64,000 nucleotides of DNA from Acanthaster planci (taxonomy: Eukaryota). Positions 1-12,976 of the stretch are shown piece after piece; the stretch's first letter is position 1; every line of letters begins with the position of its first letter. The stretch is from assembly GCF_001949145.1 (NCBI RefSeq), contig NW_019091356.1, positions 3,392,934-3,456,933 of the forward strand, in the 5' to 3' direction. The notes under the pieces are model-generated. The model was not told the DNA's origin. It was given only the letters and a program-made list of their open reading frames with translations, and searched no databases. The position numbers were made by a program, and so were the translations under genes.

Positions 1-184
1 GTGCAGAAGCTAACAAAGAAAATCCCGATTATTTCAAGTGGCCAATCCTTCTCCAAGATTCTCCAAGATCTTGGGTAGATTTTGAAGGACCACGGAGGGT
101 TCCAAATTTGAACCCAAAAAGTTTTTTCTGGTAGCAGTTGATGATTTATTTTTTAAATCCTTTTAATTTCATTTCAATTTTCAG

Positions 185-3100
185 GAAGATGAGAAGGAGG
201 TCCTTAAAGCTTTCAGTGCTGGTCGTATCATGAAACTCAATGCTCCTGAGTGGTTTTACATTCTCGTGGGCAGCATTGCAGCCGGTATCAACGGCGCTGT
301 GCAGCCCGCCTTTGCCGTGGTCTTCAGTCGGATCTTGGAGGTAAAAGCCTTTTTTTTAACCGTTGAACTCTGCGAGATACACAGATGATGGGCTAAACAA
401 AAAGTCCCATATTGACACCTACTAAGCCCCTTCTCATAGGCCTCTTACACAAGCGAATAGAGGAAATGTACCCTTCCCTAGACAATTCAGTTTAGCACCT
501 AATGACACCTTTGCACCCCAGGAATCCTATTTGGCACCCTCTGAGAATTCTCCTGTCTGGTTTTGTCTCCTAGGTCTACAGCTTGGACAAAGTTACCCAA
601 TTGGACGAGATTAACCGTCGAACCACCCTGTATTGTCTGCTCTTTGCTGGACTTGGTATTGTCACCATGGCAGCAAGTCTTGTGCAGGTGAGTTGGTAGC
701 TCGCCGTTGAGAATCATACCCACCCTTTTTAAGGTTCTTGTTCCTTATGGAACCACATTGGTCTTTGTTAATGTTCTGCGTTCTTCTCAGAATGCACATA
801 TTTCTTTCGGATGTAATCACAGGAGGTCCATGGTAGTGAGCCCTTTTTCAGAATTTCTTTGTGCTAATTCTCAGGGTGCAGCGCTTGGAAAATCAGGGGA
901 AGAACTGACGATCCGACTGCGACACATGGCATTCAAAGCGATGCTTCGACAGGTAATAACCCCCGTTATACCTCCCAGGCAAAAGTAGGAGTTTGTCTGA
1001 ATCAACTGGCTGTGGCTGACTGCAACACAGGAATCTATGGGAATGGACTATAGCTGCTAGCTAGTGGCTTCCATTGGCACGTGGTGGGTCTAGCCGTAGC
1101 CATATCATTCATGATAGCCAGTGTTCTCCATTGGTGCATGTGTTAGATCTAGCCATAGCCATAGCCGTAACACTCTTGCTAGCCAGTGGTCTCCATTGGT
1201 GCAGGTCTCAGGTCTAGCCAAAGCCATAACATTCATGGACAGCCGTCTAGTCCAAGTTCAATATCTTTAAAATCCATGCCAAAATCCACATCCATCGTGA
1301 CATTAAAAAACGTTAAAGAATACAGAGACAAGTCCAACCTCACCCACCACTTTGTCTTGGGCTCCAGCGGAGTTTTACCATTTTTGTACTTGTACGTTTT
1401 TGGGTTGCAGGAGATTGGATGGTTTGATGACAAAAAGAACAGCACCGGTGCCCTGACAACAAGACTAGCCACAGAAGCTTCTCAAGTCCAGGGGGTAAAT
1501 TCTGTCCTAAATGTTTTCACAGTGCTAAGAAACATCACCCATGATCAGCATGCCAGTATTTAAATGTTAATTCTATCTTTAATATATGTAAGTTCCCCCT
1601 CACTGACTCCCCAAGGATTGTGTTTAAACACCTTGTTCCATTGATCTGTTTCAGTGTTAAAAGAACTAGAATTCCACCTTGATTTCATTATTTATATCTT
1701 GTCGGGTACCCACCAGGCCACCGGTGCCCGTATCGGTGTCATGATGCAGTCCATCTGCAACATTGGCGTGGCCATCATCATCGCTTTCATCTATGGTTGG
1801 CAACTGACGCTGCTGGTACTGGCCTTCCTCCCTTTCATCGCCATCGCCGGCGCCATCGAGTGGCAACTGGTGCAGTCCTCGTCACAACAGGACAAGGACG
1901 CCCTGGAGATCTCGGGAAAGGTACGGAGAGGGTCACTGAGTTGCAGGCAGCAATATTGAACCTGGGCCTCTGAGAAAATGTCATATTTTGCATTGACACT
2001 GCCATTGTGTGCATGTCCTGTGCATTTATTGTAACTTGAAGAGTGCATGCGATTTGGCAAGTCACCACACCCTCATTAGTCAGAACAACACTTAGGCAGT
2101 GTTTGAATTACTTAGCTGTGGCTTGAAATTACACACAACTTTAATTATGGGGGAATTGTTTGTAGTCACAACTGTAGACTCATGCAAAGTTTCAAGCAGC
2201 AACCAAGTACTTTGGACATGTCCTTTAATGTGAGTGAACAACTTCTGTGTGAACCTGGTGCCACTGTAGTAATGGCTTGCTAATTTGTGATTAAATATTC
2301 ATGAGCCTGACTTCTGAACTGAAACAGTAAAACCTCCTGATCTGTAAAGCGCAAGCCTGATGTTTGCCTGAATTTCAACCTTCTCCTGGTACTGAGGGAG
2401 AAGGGACTTTAAATAACGGTGGCAGTGGTGGGATTTGTAGGTCAGAAACCCCCAACTTGGGCTATTTTCAGCAATGTATTAGCTGCTTCCAATGTGGCTT
2501 TGAGGTTGCATTTTTGTAAATGATTTTCAGGCATAAGCTACCTACTTTTATACTGACATTTGTATTTGCTCCAAGTTGTCAAGGTTTTTATCTTTGATAT
2601 TAGATTGCAACTGAAGCCATTGAGAACATCCGAACCGTGGCTTCGCTGACTCGGGAGGAGACGTTCTACAAGAACTACGTCAGTCTTCTGGTTGGACCCC
2701 ACAAGTAAGTCTTCATAAGGAGAGAAGCCAAATTAGTTCCAAGGCTTTGTGATCCTGGGGAGTCCCTTGGGGTTTCCCTGATACTTTTATCAGTCCGGGA
2801 TCAGAACTTTGTCAAACTACCTGTTTTAATGAATCATCCTGAGCTTTCTGGACCAAATCACTGCAGAGGATTTCTCGTTTTCGTGCTTGTTTGCCAGGAC
2901 CAACATGAAGCGGGCCCAGGCCAGCGGCCTGGCTTATGGCCTCTCCCAGGGGATCATTTTCTTTGCCTATGCTGCAGCCTTCAGGCTCGGGGGTCACCTG
3001 GTGTTGATTGGAGAAATGGAGTTCCAGAACGTGTTCCTGTAAGTGCAAAGTGCCTGAAGGAGAGTGTTTTCATTTAATGTAAGCGGTCAAGCAGTGATGT

Positions 3101-5529
3101 TGTACTCTGTCTCATATTCAAGAACTTTTTTCATGCTCATACTCAAACTGTGGGAAATGGACTCATCAAAATTACAGTGTTGCTGGACTTGTACTCATAC
3201 TTTTTCCTTGCTCGCACTCACACTCAAGCTCAGGGATACGTACTCAACTGAAATTACAGTCTTGCAGGATTCATACATTGTCCACGCTCACGCTCAAACT
3301 TGATTACAGTTCCGTCACTTTGGCACTTTGTTTCCTCTGAGTGTGCCCTGCTGTAAAGAAATGCATGCGCCTGTTGATGCATGTTGGAAAAACTGCTATG
3401 CAGGCTGTAGTTATGGGTGTGCGCTTCATTGCCCTTACTTTTGCTCTATTCTCACGTCGTTAGGGTGTTTTCTGCGATCATCTTTGGTGGCTTTGCTTTG
3501 GGTGGAGCGACCGCCCTGGCACCAGACTATTCCAAGGCCAAGTTTGCCTGTGCCAACATGTTCCGGCTCATGGATCGTGAGCCCCTCATTGATGCGTACA
3601 GCACCGAAGGAGACACTTTGGTAAGTCCAATTGATTTGAATTTGGGAGCAAAAGCGGAAAATAACAACAAAAATAAAAAATGACTTACGATCAGCCATAT
3701 TGCAAAGTTGGAGTATTGAAGGAATTTTCTGACAGTATTCATTCCCGAGGAGAGTTTGTATGCTTGTGTGTGAGATTACATCACTGATCAACCACCAAAT
3801 CATGCTCAAACTCCGGACCTTTGGGAATTCCCCAGGTATTGTCTCATTTCTGTCCTTTTTGGGGATTCAAACCGCCAGGACCACTACAACCCAGAGGTCG
3901 CGTTTGAGGACGTCCGCTTCCGATACCCAACCCGCCTAGATGTGCCCGTCCTACGCGGCCTGACCGTCTCGGTCAAGCCGGGAGAGACCCTGGCCCTGGT
4001 GGGCAGCAGCGGCTGCGGGAAGAGCACATCCATCCAGCTACTAGAGAAGTTCTACAACCCTAGGAGCGGCACAGTGGTGAGTTGAAACAAAAATTGACCA
4101 GAACCCTCCGAGATCTCTCTAAATCCATCAAGATGGTTTTATGGAGGAATCTTCGATGATTGAGGATGACAAAGCCCAAGCTGCTCTCAATTTCCATGGG
4201 GCTTGATGCTCCTGCAAAGTTTGAGCTCAGAGAAATGTTAGAAAAGTTTCCTCCGCAGTAGAGGACTTTGGGAAATTCTGGAAGAATTCCTCACAAGAAT
4301 AAACTAAAAAAAACTTTTTGCAAACTAACTCTTTTGCTTTCAAAGTGTAAAAAAACTTTCTGCATTGCAACATTTCAGACACCGAGAAAATTTCTGAAAC
4401 TCTTTTTGTATGCTTGATCCCAGCTGTTGGATGGTCATGGTCTTGACACCCTGAACCTCCAGTGGCTGCGGGCTCAGATCGGCCTGGTATCCCAGGAGCC
4501 CGTCCTCTTTGACCGGACCATCGCTGATAACATTGCCTACGGCGATAACTCCCGAGAGGTTCCCATGACGGAGGTCATCGAGGCAGCCAAGAAATCCAAC
4601 ATCCATGAGTTCATTGCCTCTCTGCCTGCTGTGAGTAGTCCTGGGAAAACAAATGTTTCTTCCAACTCTTAACTTCAGCTTTGTTGATCTAGGTTTCACC
4701 AGTTTCTGGTGAGAAGGTTTCATGTTCCCAATCGGGCCCCGTTCTCAGTTGGGATAGGTCTTTTGCCACTTAGGAAAGCCAGGCACTCCTGCACTGTTCT
4801 CACTGAGGTCAGCACACCATCCCATCCATTCAAATTGGAACAATATTCCTTGACCATATTCCTTTTACGTCCCATCTTCCATTCTTGTTTGTCAGATGTG
4901 TCCAGCCCTCTTTGTTTCCATACACAACAAACTCCGTTTCCTATTCTTGCAGGGTTATGAGACTAAAGTTGGAGAGAAAGGTACCCAGCTGTCCGGGGGC
5001 CAGAAGCAGCGTGTGGCCATTGCGAGGGCGCTGGTCCGTAATCCCAAGATCCTCCTGCTGGACGAGGCCACGTCAGCCTTGGACACTGAAAGCGAGAAGG
5101 TTCGAAAAGAAAAATTATAATCCAAAAGAATTGGCTCCAAAGAGAAAGGCAATTCAAGCTCGGAGAAGAGACCAATAATTGTAATTTTTTTTAATTAGTC
5201 AGCAGTGGCTCATGTGTTTCTAGTGTTCCATCAAAACGAATGGGTAGCTGTGCTGAAATAGCAGTTAAACTTAAATGTTAAGAATGTAATCTCAGTGAGT
5301 TATCAAGAACTTTTTCTTTTCGCTCCAGGTGGTGCAAGCCGCCTTGGACGAGGCCAAGAAGGGGCGGACCTGCATCACCATCGCCCACCGGCTCTCCACC
5401 ATCCACGACGCCGAGAAGATCGTCGTCATCCGTCACGGCAAAGTGGCTGAGATGGGTCGCCACGAGGATCTGATGCAGCTGCAGGGCCAATACCACAGCC
5501 TCTACACCAAGCAGGACCTTCAGCATTAA
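185..5529 (+). CDS. ABCB1: ABCB1/MDR (P-glycoprotein)-like ABC transporter, copy 1; 5'-truncated by the window (TMD2 + NBD2 only)
   Basis: Twelve GT-AG exons splice in frame: 185-340, 574-687, 875-952, 1411-1494, 1717-1920, 2604-2704, 2898-3038, 3464-3620, 3879-4076, 4424-4630, 4953-5099, 5329-5529 (TAA). Motifs: Walker [10 protein letters not shown]-loop VSQEP, signature LSGGQKQR, Walker B/D-loop [13 protein letters not shown]-loop IAHRLST. AATAAA at 7642-7647 suggests a 3'UTR of about 2.1 kb. Confidence 0.95.
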
Positions 5530-8500
5530 AAACTCCCGGACATCCGATGAGTGACTGCTTCAGCCTTACTTGCTCCGGCCTTCGCAGCATTTCTGGGCGG
5601 TAGATGCCTTCCATCAACTTCCTGACACTGCCAACACAAGCTTTTCCGTAAATGGAAATTTTGCCTCTTCCATAGAATTGAAGCATGTTAAAGCCCCCCA
5701 AAAAGTGTGATATTAAAATACAGAACACATGCACCATGCTCAGTTTGCTGTAAGTGATATAAAGGGAAATATTTCATGTTATGAAGTGCTCAGGTTTCAA
5801 ACTTTTCCTACTGGTGCTGTAAAAATTTTCAGTTAAGGATCTTTAGGAAAGGATTTTTGAAGCAAGATTTTTTTTTCTTTGACGAATACTGTGTCAAATC
5901 ATTGAGCAGGTTTTACTCCCAGAATTAGTGTGTTTGGAATAATACATTTTCTTTGTCTCCACTTCATCCTGAAAGTTTTAATCTGCTTTGAACATTTTTA
6001 ACTGTGAAGTACCTTGTGCCGGCTTGTTGAGTGAGTTTTTTTTTTAAATCCATGAGATTTTTGAAGGATTTTGCAGAAGGACAGTAGAGCCCTGCCAATA
6101 GCCCAACACTATTCCACATGGGATTGGTAGCCCCTTTAAATTGTTGAAGTACGAAATCTGTGCCGTCAGTTTGTTGCATAAGTTGTGACGTAAACACTAA
6201 AGAACTGAGGGTTAAACTTACCATCAAAGTTTGAAAGTCACACATGAGGAATCTGACTAAAGTGTGTGTGTGATTGGTGTATACAGATATATTTCATGAT
6301 GCATTTGCGCTTGTTCAAGTTTTGCTTTTAGTGCAGCTAGACTGAAAAGAGACATTGAGATAACCAGACCTCACCACAACTTAAAAACAAAATGTCTTGG
6401 CCTCGTTTCCACCATGCACCACCAAGGCACCGCACAACTGGCAACCTGGGTTTGTGATGTGCGTTTGAATTTCACCGGTGCCCAGCATGGAGCAGATTTT
6501 TATTTGCAGAAAACAGAGGCATACTTGGTAAGAAACATATGGAGCACTTATTTTTCTAAATCTGGACAGATGGACATCGCTTGTAGCACAAACGTCATAC
6601 AGCAGTGTCCTCATGATATCTGGCAGCCACGGGTACTTTTTATATGTACAGATATTGCTTGTAATTCATGCAGACCTCCACAATAGCATTTGTAATATAC
6701 GAGATATAGTTTTACTGCTCGTGTAAATAGCAAATGACCAAGAGATATGGCATTGCACTGTAGTGATAGTTGTATTGTGAAGTAATTTTTGCATATTGAA
6801 GAGAATGTATTTGTTAGAATTATCAAAATCACTTTAAAGTATTGCAAATCTATTTTCTTAACTTGTAATTTGGGTAAACAAAATTTTTCTGAGGTGTAAG
6901 AATGTCCGTGTGATGGAATGATTTCAACATCCATGATTTTTGAGTGCATTTCTGATGTTTCATTATCAAGAACTGTCAACAGAACAAAAGATTTTTTTTC
7001 CAAGAAGGTTGAAAATTTTGTACCATTCTATTTCTTCAAACTGGAAGAAACACAGTCGAAGTTCGGCTGTGTAGAGATCAGCCCACTGCATAATGAGAAC
7101 TCTTTTTGTTTCACTATTTTTTATTGTTATTTTTTCACTTGATAACTATTCCTGGAGGAAAACAGGCACTTGGTTGATAAAAAGAAAGTACATGTATTTA
7201 TTGCAAATTATGATTGGTGTTCATTCAGTTAGACCAGACGTGAGACATATATCATATTTTACCTTTATTTAGAGACATTTTAGTGGTGTAATACATGTGT
7301 CATATAACAACCAAAGAATTTAACGTAAATGAAAATAGAAACTCAAATCTTTTGGCAAAAGATTAAGTGAAGTCTTTCGATCCAGTAAAAACACTTATTG
7401 AGATTTTGTTTTTAATATGAAAAATGATTTTCTTTTGTTTTCACCCCCTCCCATAATTTTCTTGTCAGTTTCTTATGGTTTACATAAACTAAGGCCAGAA
7501 GCCACCCCACCCATGTGGGCTGTTAATGTAGACTTGTAGAGTAATGTAGCAATGTAAATTGCATATTGGAACCACACATATTTATTGTTTTAAATTGCAA
7601 GAGAGAATATTTTGTAAGCTTTTGATTTCTGCCGTTGATTCAATAAAAGTCTTTCGTTTTAGTTTTCTGCTTGAAAGATTTCTTTAACGTGTCGTATTCC
7701 AGTTAAGACCTGTTATTAAAAACAGACCACCGTTTTGTGCATCTTCGAGTTTTTTGCCAGGAATTTTGTTGGAAAAGAAAGAGGGCAGATTCGTCATTGT
7801 GCACCACTGAAATTGCTATCAAACATTTCGCATGACGAATTAAACTTGTCTAGCATAGGTGACCCGTCTTTTTTGAGTAAGAAAGAAAGAGAAAGAAGCG
7901 AGCTCAACTGTTGGGCTAGACATTTTCAACTTGGAATTTCACTGCCCAATCAAAGCTAGGGAAGTGCGAGTAACTATGCAAATCGGTGACTTCAAGATAC
8001 TTTCAGCCAATTGGTTTTACCTCACCAAGCATGCGTAGTGGAAAGAAGCCGTAGCACGTAGACTGGTCTGATAACTGGACGTTATGATGGACATGTACAT
8101 GTAAATTACAGTATCGATGAACGGCGTGAAACTAGGGGATATTGCATGCTCTGCGAATCTAGTTGCAAAACGCGAAAGCGAGCACTAGAAAAGGGGGTAC
8201 ATTTTCTACACGGGGTATCCAACTGATTAAGAAATTCGTAAAAACAAACTCGTATGATCAACTCGCCGCATTGCTATCAGACAACAACTGCTGCTTCCCT
8301 GAAGGCTGAAGAAAAGCGTAGGTAGACTAGGCCCCAAAACTTGACGAGCCACTTCAAACCAGACTGAATTAGGGGAACTGACTAGGCCAAGGAGCATGCA
8401 GGAAGTACAGAGCATCTACTACATGTACTAGTACATTTAGTACTCAGAACTTACGGCTCCTTATGCTGGAGTTGGAACACGGAGCTATAAAAAACGGCCT

Positions 8501-9174
8501 TCTGGCATGTGAAGTGCAAATTTAAAGTTATTCTCTGAAGACATATTATTTACTGATACATTTAGTTTATGTGACGTGTTCCAGTTGGACGCAATTTACT
8601 TTTACTGACCACCGAAGCAAATGCCAGCAAGTACTTGCAGTTCGCAGCGCTAGCGAATGGCGGAAGAGTAGAGTTGCCCGGCCGCAACGCTAGACAGCCT
8701 GGCCGGGTTGGCTGCCGCAACGCGGCGCGTGGCTTTAGGATGGGACCGCTCGCTAGGCTGGTTACACAATGCATTACTTTTGTTAGCCCCGCTAGCATGG
8801 CTATTGTGCTTACGATATTGCTTGGTTTTCCACAGCATTATCCAAGCATGCCTAGCCTGGCAATCACTTGTGGGGCCAAGGCCTATTTTGTCATGTTTGT
8901 GGGAAAAGTCATGAAATTAATACACATAACAGAATAGGCCCTAGCTAGGCCTACGGTATCTGCCAGTAGCTGTATCCCCAGTGTGATCAAGGGACAGACA
9001 TTGACAGTCTGGGATTTGGGAGGAGAGTGGTGAGGGAAGTAATTGACATGTTCATAACGTAACTTACGTCTTAATTGCAATTAATTTTGACCCTCAGTTT
9101 GAAAATTACGGCTTGAATTAAGATTTCATTTTATAAAGTACATTATTCCTGTTCCGTTTTCAGCCTGGACCACG

Positions 9175-12100
9175 ATGAGGATAATAATCTTAGCTGGCGG
9201 TTATGGAACTCGTCTTCAGAGGGATTTGCGGAACCATGATCCACAGGGGGTGTACAGACACCTTCAGGGCATGCCCAAAGCACTGCTTCCTATTGGCCAT
9301 CGGCCGCTAATATCTCATTGGATGGAGACGCTTTGGAAATGCAGAAGTCAAATAGATGAGATATATGTTGTGGTGAATTCCCTGTAATTTATGTAGGTTT
9401 TTCCTGTCGTAAATATAAAAAGAGAAATTCATTGTCTTTCTTGCTCTTTATTTTTTTCAAAACTGGAGAAAAATTCCATTTCACAAGAGATGAAAATTAG
9501 CAGTTGGAGTCAGGTTATTGGACAGCTTTCCTTTGATGCTGTGATAAAGATGTTGCGCAGAGATAAATGATTTGTTTTTGTTTATTGCGATGCCATTTTC
9601 AGTGTAACGACTTTTACTTCAAAATGTTTGAGGATTGGGCCAAAGATTGGGAAGAGGCTGTCTTGTTCAACGATGGCACCGGCACAAACGAGGTAATGTA
9701 ATGAAAACTGATCAATAACATGAACTCTATACAAACAGACTTGCTAGATAACGTCCGTAGTCCATGATGTTTTAAAGACAAATTCATTGCACTCTGCACT
9801 TCCGCGTTGTGATCTTTAATCTCCAGACCAGGCTGGGAGCTGTCGCCTGCATCTATTTGCCGGTTGACAGAATCGGTTTTGAAGACGACGTGACGGTCAT
9901 TGGAGGGTATGATTTTCTTATTCTGTAAAGGAGGCTTTTTGTAACATTTCGGATTTGGTGAAGCTTTATCTAGCCACTATATTTTTCAAATCGGCGAGTG
10001 AACAACCTGTGCTAGCGCGTTTGTCTAGCAGCTGGCGCAATGATCGTGAAGGTTTTTGTTTGTTAAAGTTAGGCTGAGCGAATTCTGTCAGATGCGTGGA
10101 AATGATCCGTGTGCTTTAATATGAAACCACTGTCTAAGCTGTATTCCACATGGCACATTTCCCACAATCATGTATTATTGCCTAGCTGCAGCCGAGCAAT
10201 TTCAACACGGCCTGAATATATGCTGGTACCCACGGCTGTCAAATGGTTGTAGTAATGGCTAGTTTCTGTGAATTGTTATTAGATGGAAATATGTTCGACC
10301 TTTGATCCAAGGTCACCACTACCAGTCATGCATTGAATGTCTGTGCATAGATGACAAAGGGAGGTAGGGCACCGGCCCATGATTTGTCATTTCATCTCGG
10401 ACATTTTGCTAGTGAGATCAGTCGTTACCTGTTCTTTTGCACTGTGCACGTAGCAACATTCTGTGGGACTTAATCAGCGGCCAATTCCATCTTCATTTGC
10501 AGGGACACGCTCTTCAAGGACGACTTTGACTTGGCGTCTGTCTGGCAGGAATTTAGACGGCGTCAGCAGCAGACCCCAGATGCTAGTCTGGTGCTGGCCT
10601 GTCCCTGCACAGATGAAGGTAGGCATGCAGTATGGATACCAGTCTGGAGAGAAGAGCCAAACAGCAAAGAGGCCATGTCTCAAATGTTGGTTTCTGTCCG
10701 TCTCTGGCTTAGATCCCTGAGTTTTGAGGCATCCAAGGCTTACAAAGCCAAGCTCAGAGAAAAATGTTCCAACTGAGAAAATGTAGGCGTCTCTGTATTC
10801 AAACCCATGTGTTGACTGTATGTATTATACTTTTTCTGTTCAGACACGGTGAAAGTGGGCATCTTGGAGACAGACGACAAAAGAGTGACCGCCTTCTTGG
10901 AGAAACCAGGACCCAGCCAAACTACTTCCAGAAAATCGGTAAGCCATTATGTGTCTAAATCATCTGGCTGTGGCTGGGAATATAGCACATGCTTTTATGG
11001 GAAGTAGCCAGAGCCGCTAGACATGTCATGTCCAGTTTGGGCCATAACATTCAGAAAGCGGCCCCAGTTCTGATTTCAAGGAGGAGATGAGACCCACAGC
11101 GCCCTCTGCCGGGGATGCACAAGGCTAATACCTCTCCGGTATACCCACTGCTATCTCATTGTCTCCATATGCACGTACATTTACATCTATTTGCATAAAA
11201 CTGTCTCAGTGCAATCATTTCTCACAATTTCCCGACAGTGCCCTTGCTTCTACGTCCTGTCCAAAGCCAGTCTGCCGCTCATCGAGCAATACTTGGAAGA
11301 AAGGAAGGTAAATTTGTTGACATATCAAGGGTGAATTTGCAGAACTGACAAAAATTTCATATGCCAGTCAAATACTAAACTGTTGATCCCTTTTGATTTA
11401 TATATATAAAATGCAATACTATTAGCTATCACACAGGTGCAAGTGGAAGGCAGAATAATGTATTGCGTCTCAGTCCCATAGACCACAATGGCCTTCGGCA
11501 TCTGTGGCCCGTATAAGGCCTCGCAGTCTACAGGACTCAGACACTAGGTTCTACGAGCACGAGCGCAATAACGAATTTATCTTCAAGCAAACTTAACGCG
11601 CAGTAAAGATTTTATAGATAAATCCGAAGAGACGCCATTCCGAGAGGCCATATACACTTACGTAGCTGTCTCAAGCTGATTGCGCACACTTCGGCAATCG
11701 ACTGCTGCCTTCTGGTCAAGGAGGAATTTCACGCGCGTGCACAGCCTGCGTGCAAACAGGATGGACCCGTAATAACGATTTCTACTTTTGGTGGTCAGAT
11801 TTGTCTACAGGGGCCAATCTATGCGAGCAAACATACTACCCATTTTGTCAACGGTTGGTTTGAGCTTATTGACCTTTTTATAAAAAATTATTTTTTTTGT
11901 CTTTTGACTATCGTTTATTCACAAATGTAAACGTATATTGAATAATCTACTCTTTTCCCTCAAGGAGGGACCAGTCGAAGGGAGGGACGCTACCGGCAAC
12001 TTTATACAGTATCTTTATCCAAGGTAAATTAATTCACTCTTGTTGAGTAAACCACCGGAGATAAAAAAAAAATCACTTTGGGTTAATTCTGGCTGGTACA

Positions 12101-12976
12101 TTCTTCACAAGAGGGGTGAATTTTTTGTGACAGATCCCCGAGGATGTCATAGTGAAACAAAATTCTCATATTAACCACAGACGAAAACAGACCAATGAAA
12201 CAAGAAAAAAAAGAAAAAGGTTTAAATCAACCCCTCCAGAAAAAGAGCAAGATTAGAACCCATGGCATATGTCACCTCAGCTTATTAATTTTAAAAATTT
12301 CCTTGCCAAACATGGCTTAACTTTGTAAATGGCTTAAATTTCCATGGGGGGGGTTAGAAATTGACAGAGTTAAGAATGACACGTGTTATGTTACACTCGT
12401 GACTGCCTGGTTCAACAGTATACTGCAGTTTTCAGGGGGGAAATCAATTATATCATGCTCTGTTACTTCTGAATTTCCAGGTGCGCTCGACCGTGGCAGT
12501 TTGCCCTCCGAATAAAGCATGTTGTGCTAAACGTTATGCTTGAAAGCACAGTGCTAGCCCGACCTTTCTCTCAACCTTCCTGCTGTTGCAAATGTGCGTA
12601 CCAGTCATGCAGAGGTTGAATTACTGCAAAAACAGCCATTTACCCGTTGGGATGGTGGTTTAGAAGCAGTGTTGGTTGAAAGCACCTACAGCTCAGGATT
12701 GAAGTAACAGTTGTCTCCGTTTGTCTGGACAGCCGCACAATGGTAAACTTTGTAGCTGAAACAGATGAGTGGACAATGGATAGATAGTTCGGATCATCTC
12801 AGGTTTGTAACTGAGAATTTGTTTCATTTGCAGTGGCCAACATCGTATGTACTTTCCTTGCAGGTTGCCCGTTTACACGTATGATATAACTGCAAGGTTT
12901 GACGTCGGCGCTCTGTCTTCCTATATATCGTGTCACCAGTACTTTCTTCGCCAGGGCAGTCTCCAGAGCAGAGACG
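9175..12976 (+). CDS. Sugar-1-phosphate nucleotidyltransferase (NDP-sugar pyrophosphorylase-like) module, about 273 aa
   Basis: N-terminal GT-A signature ILAGGYGTRL...PKALLPIG, followed by NDGT, IGGDTLF, FLEKP, CPCFY, RDATGNFI and RFDVG motifs over exons 1-8. From memory it resembles the animal family that includes the pyrophosphorylase domain of fish glucuronokinase fusions; no search was run. Confidence 0.9.

Noticed and set aside
5530..9100. Short ORFs from the six-frame track in UTR/intergenic DNA, and antisense ORFs over exons throughout the window
   Set aside because: No recognisable motifs or splice support; they are shadows of real exons or chance ORFs.
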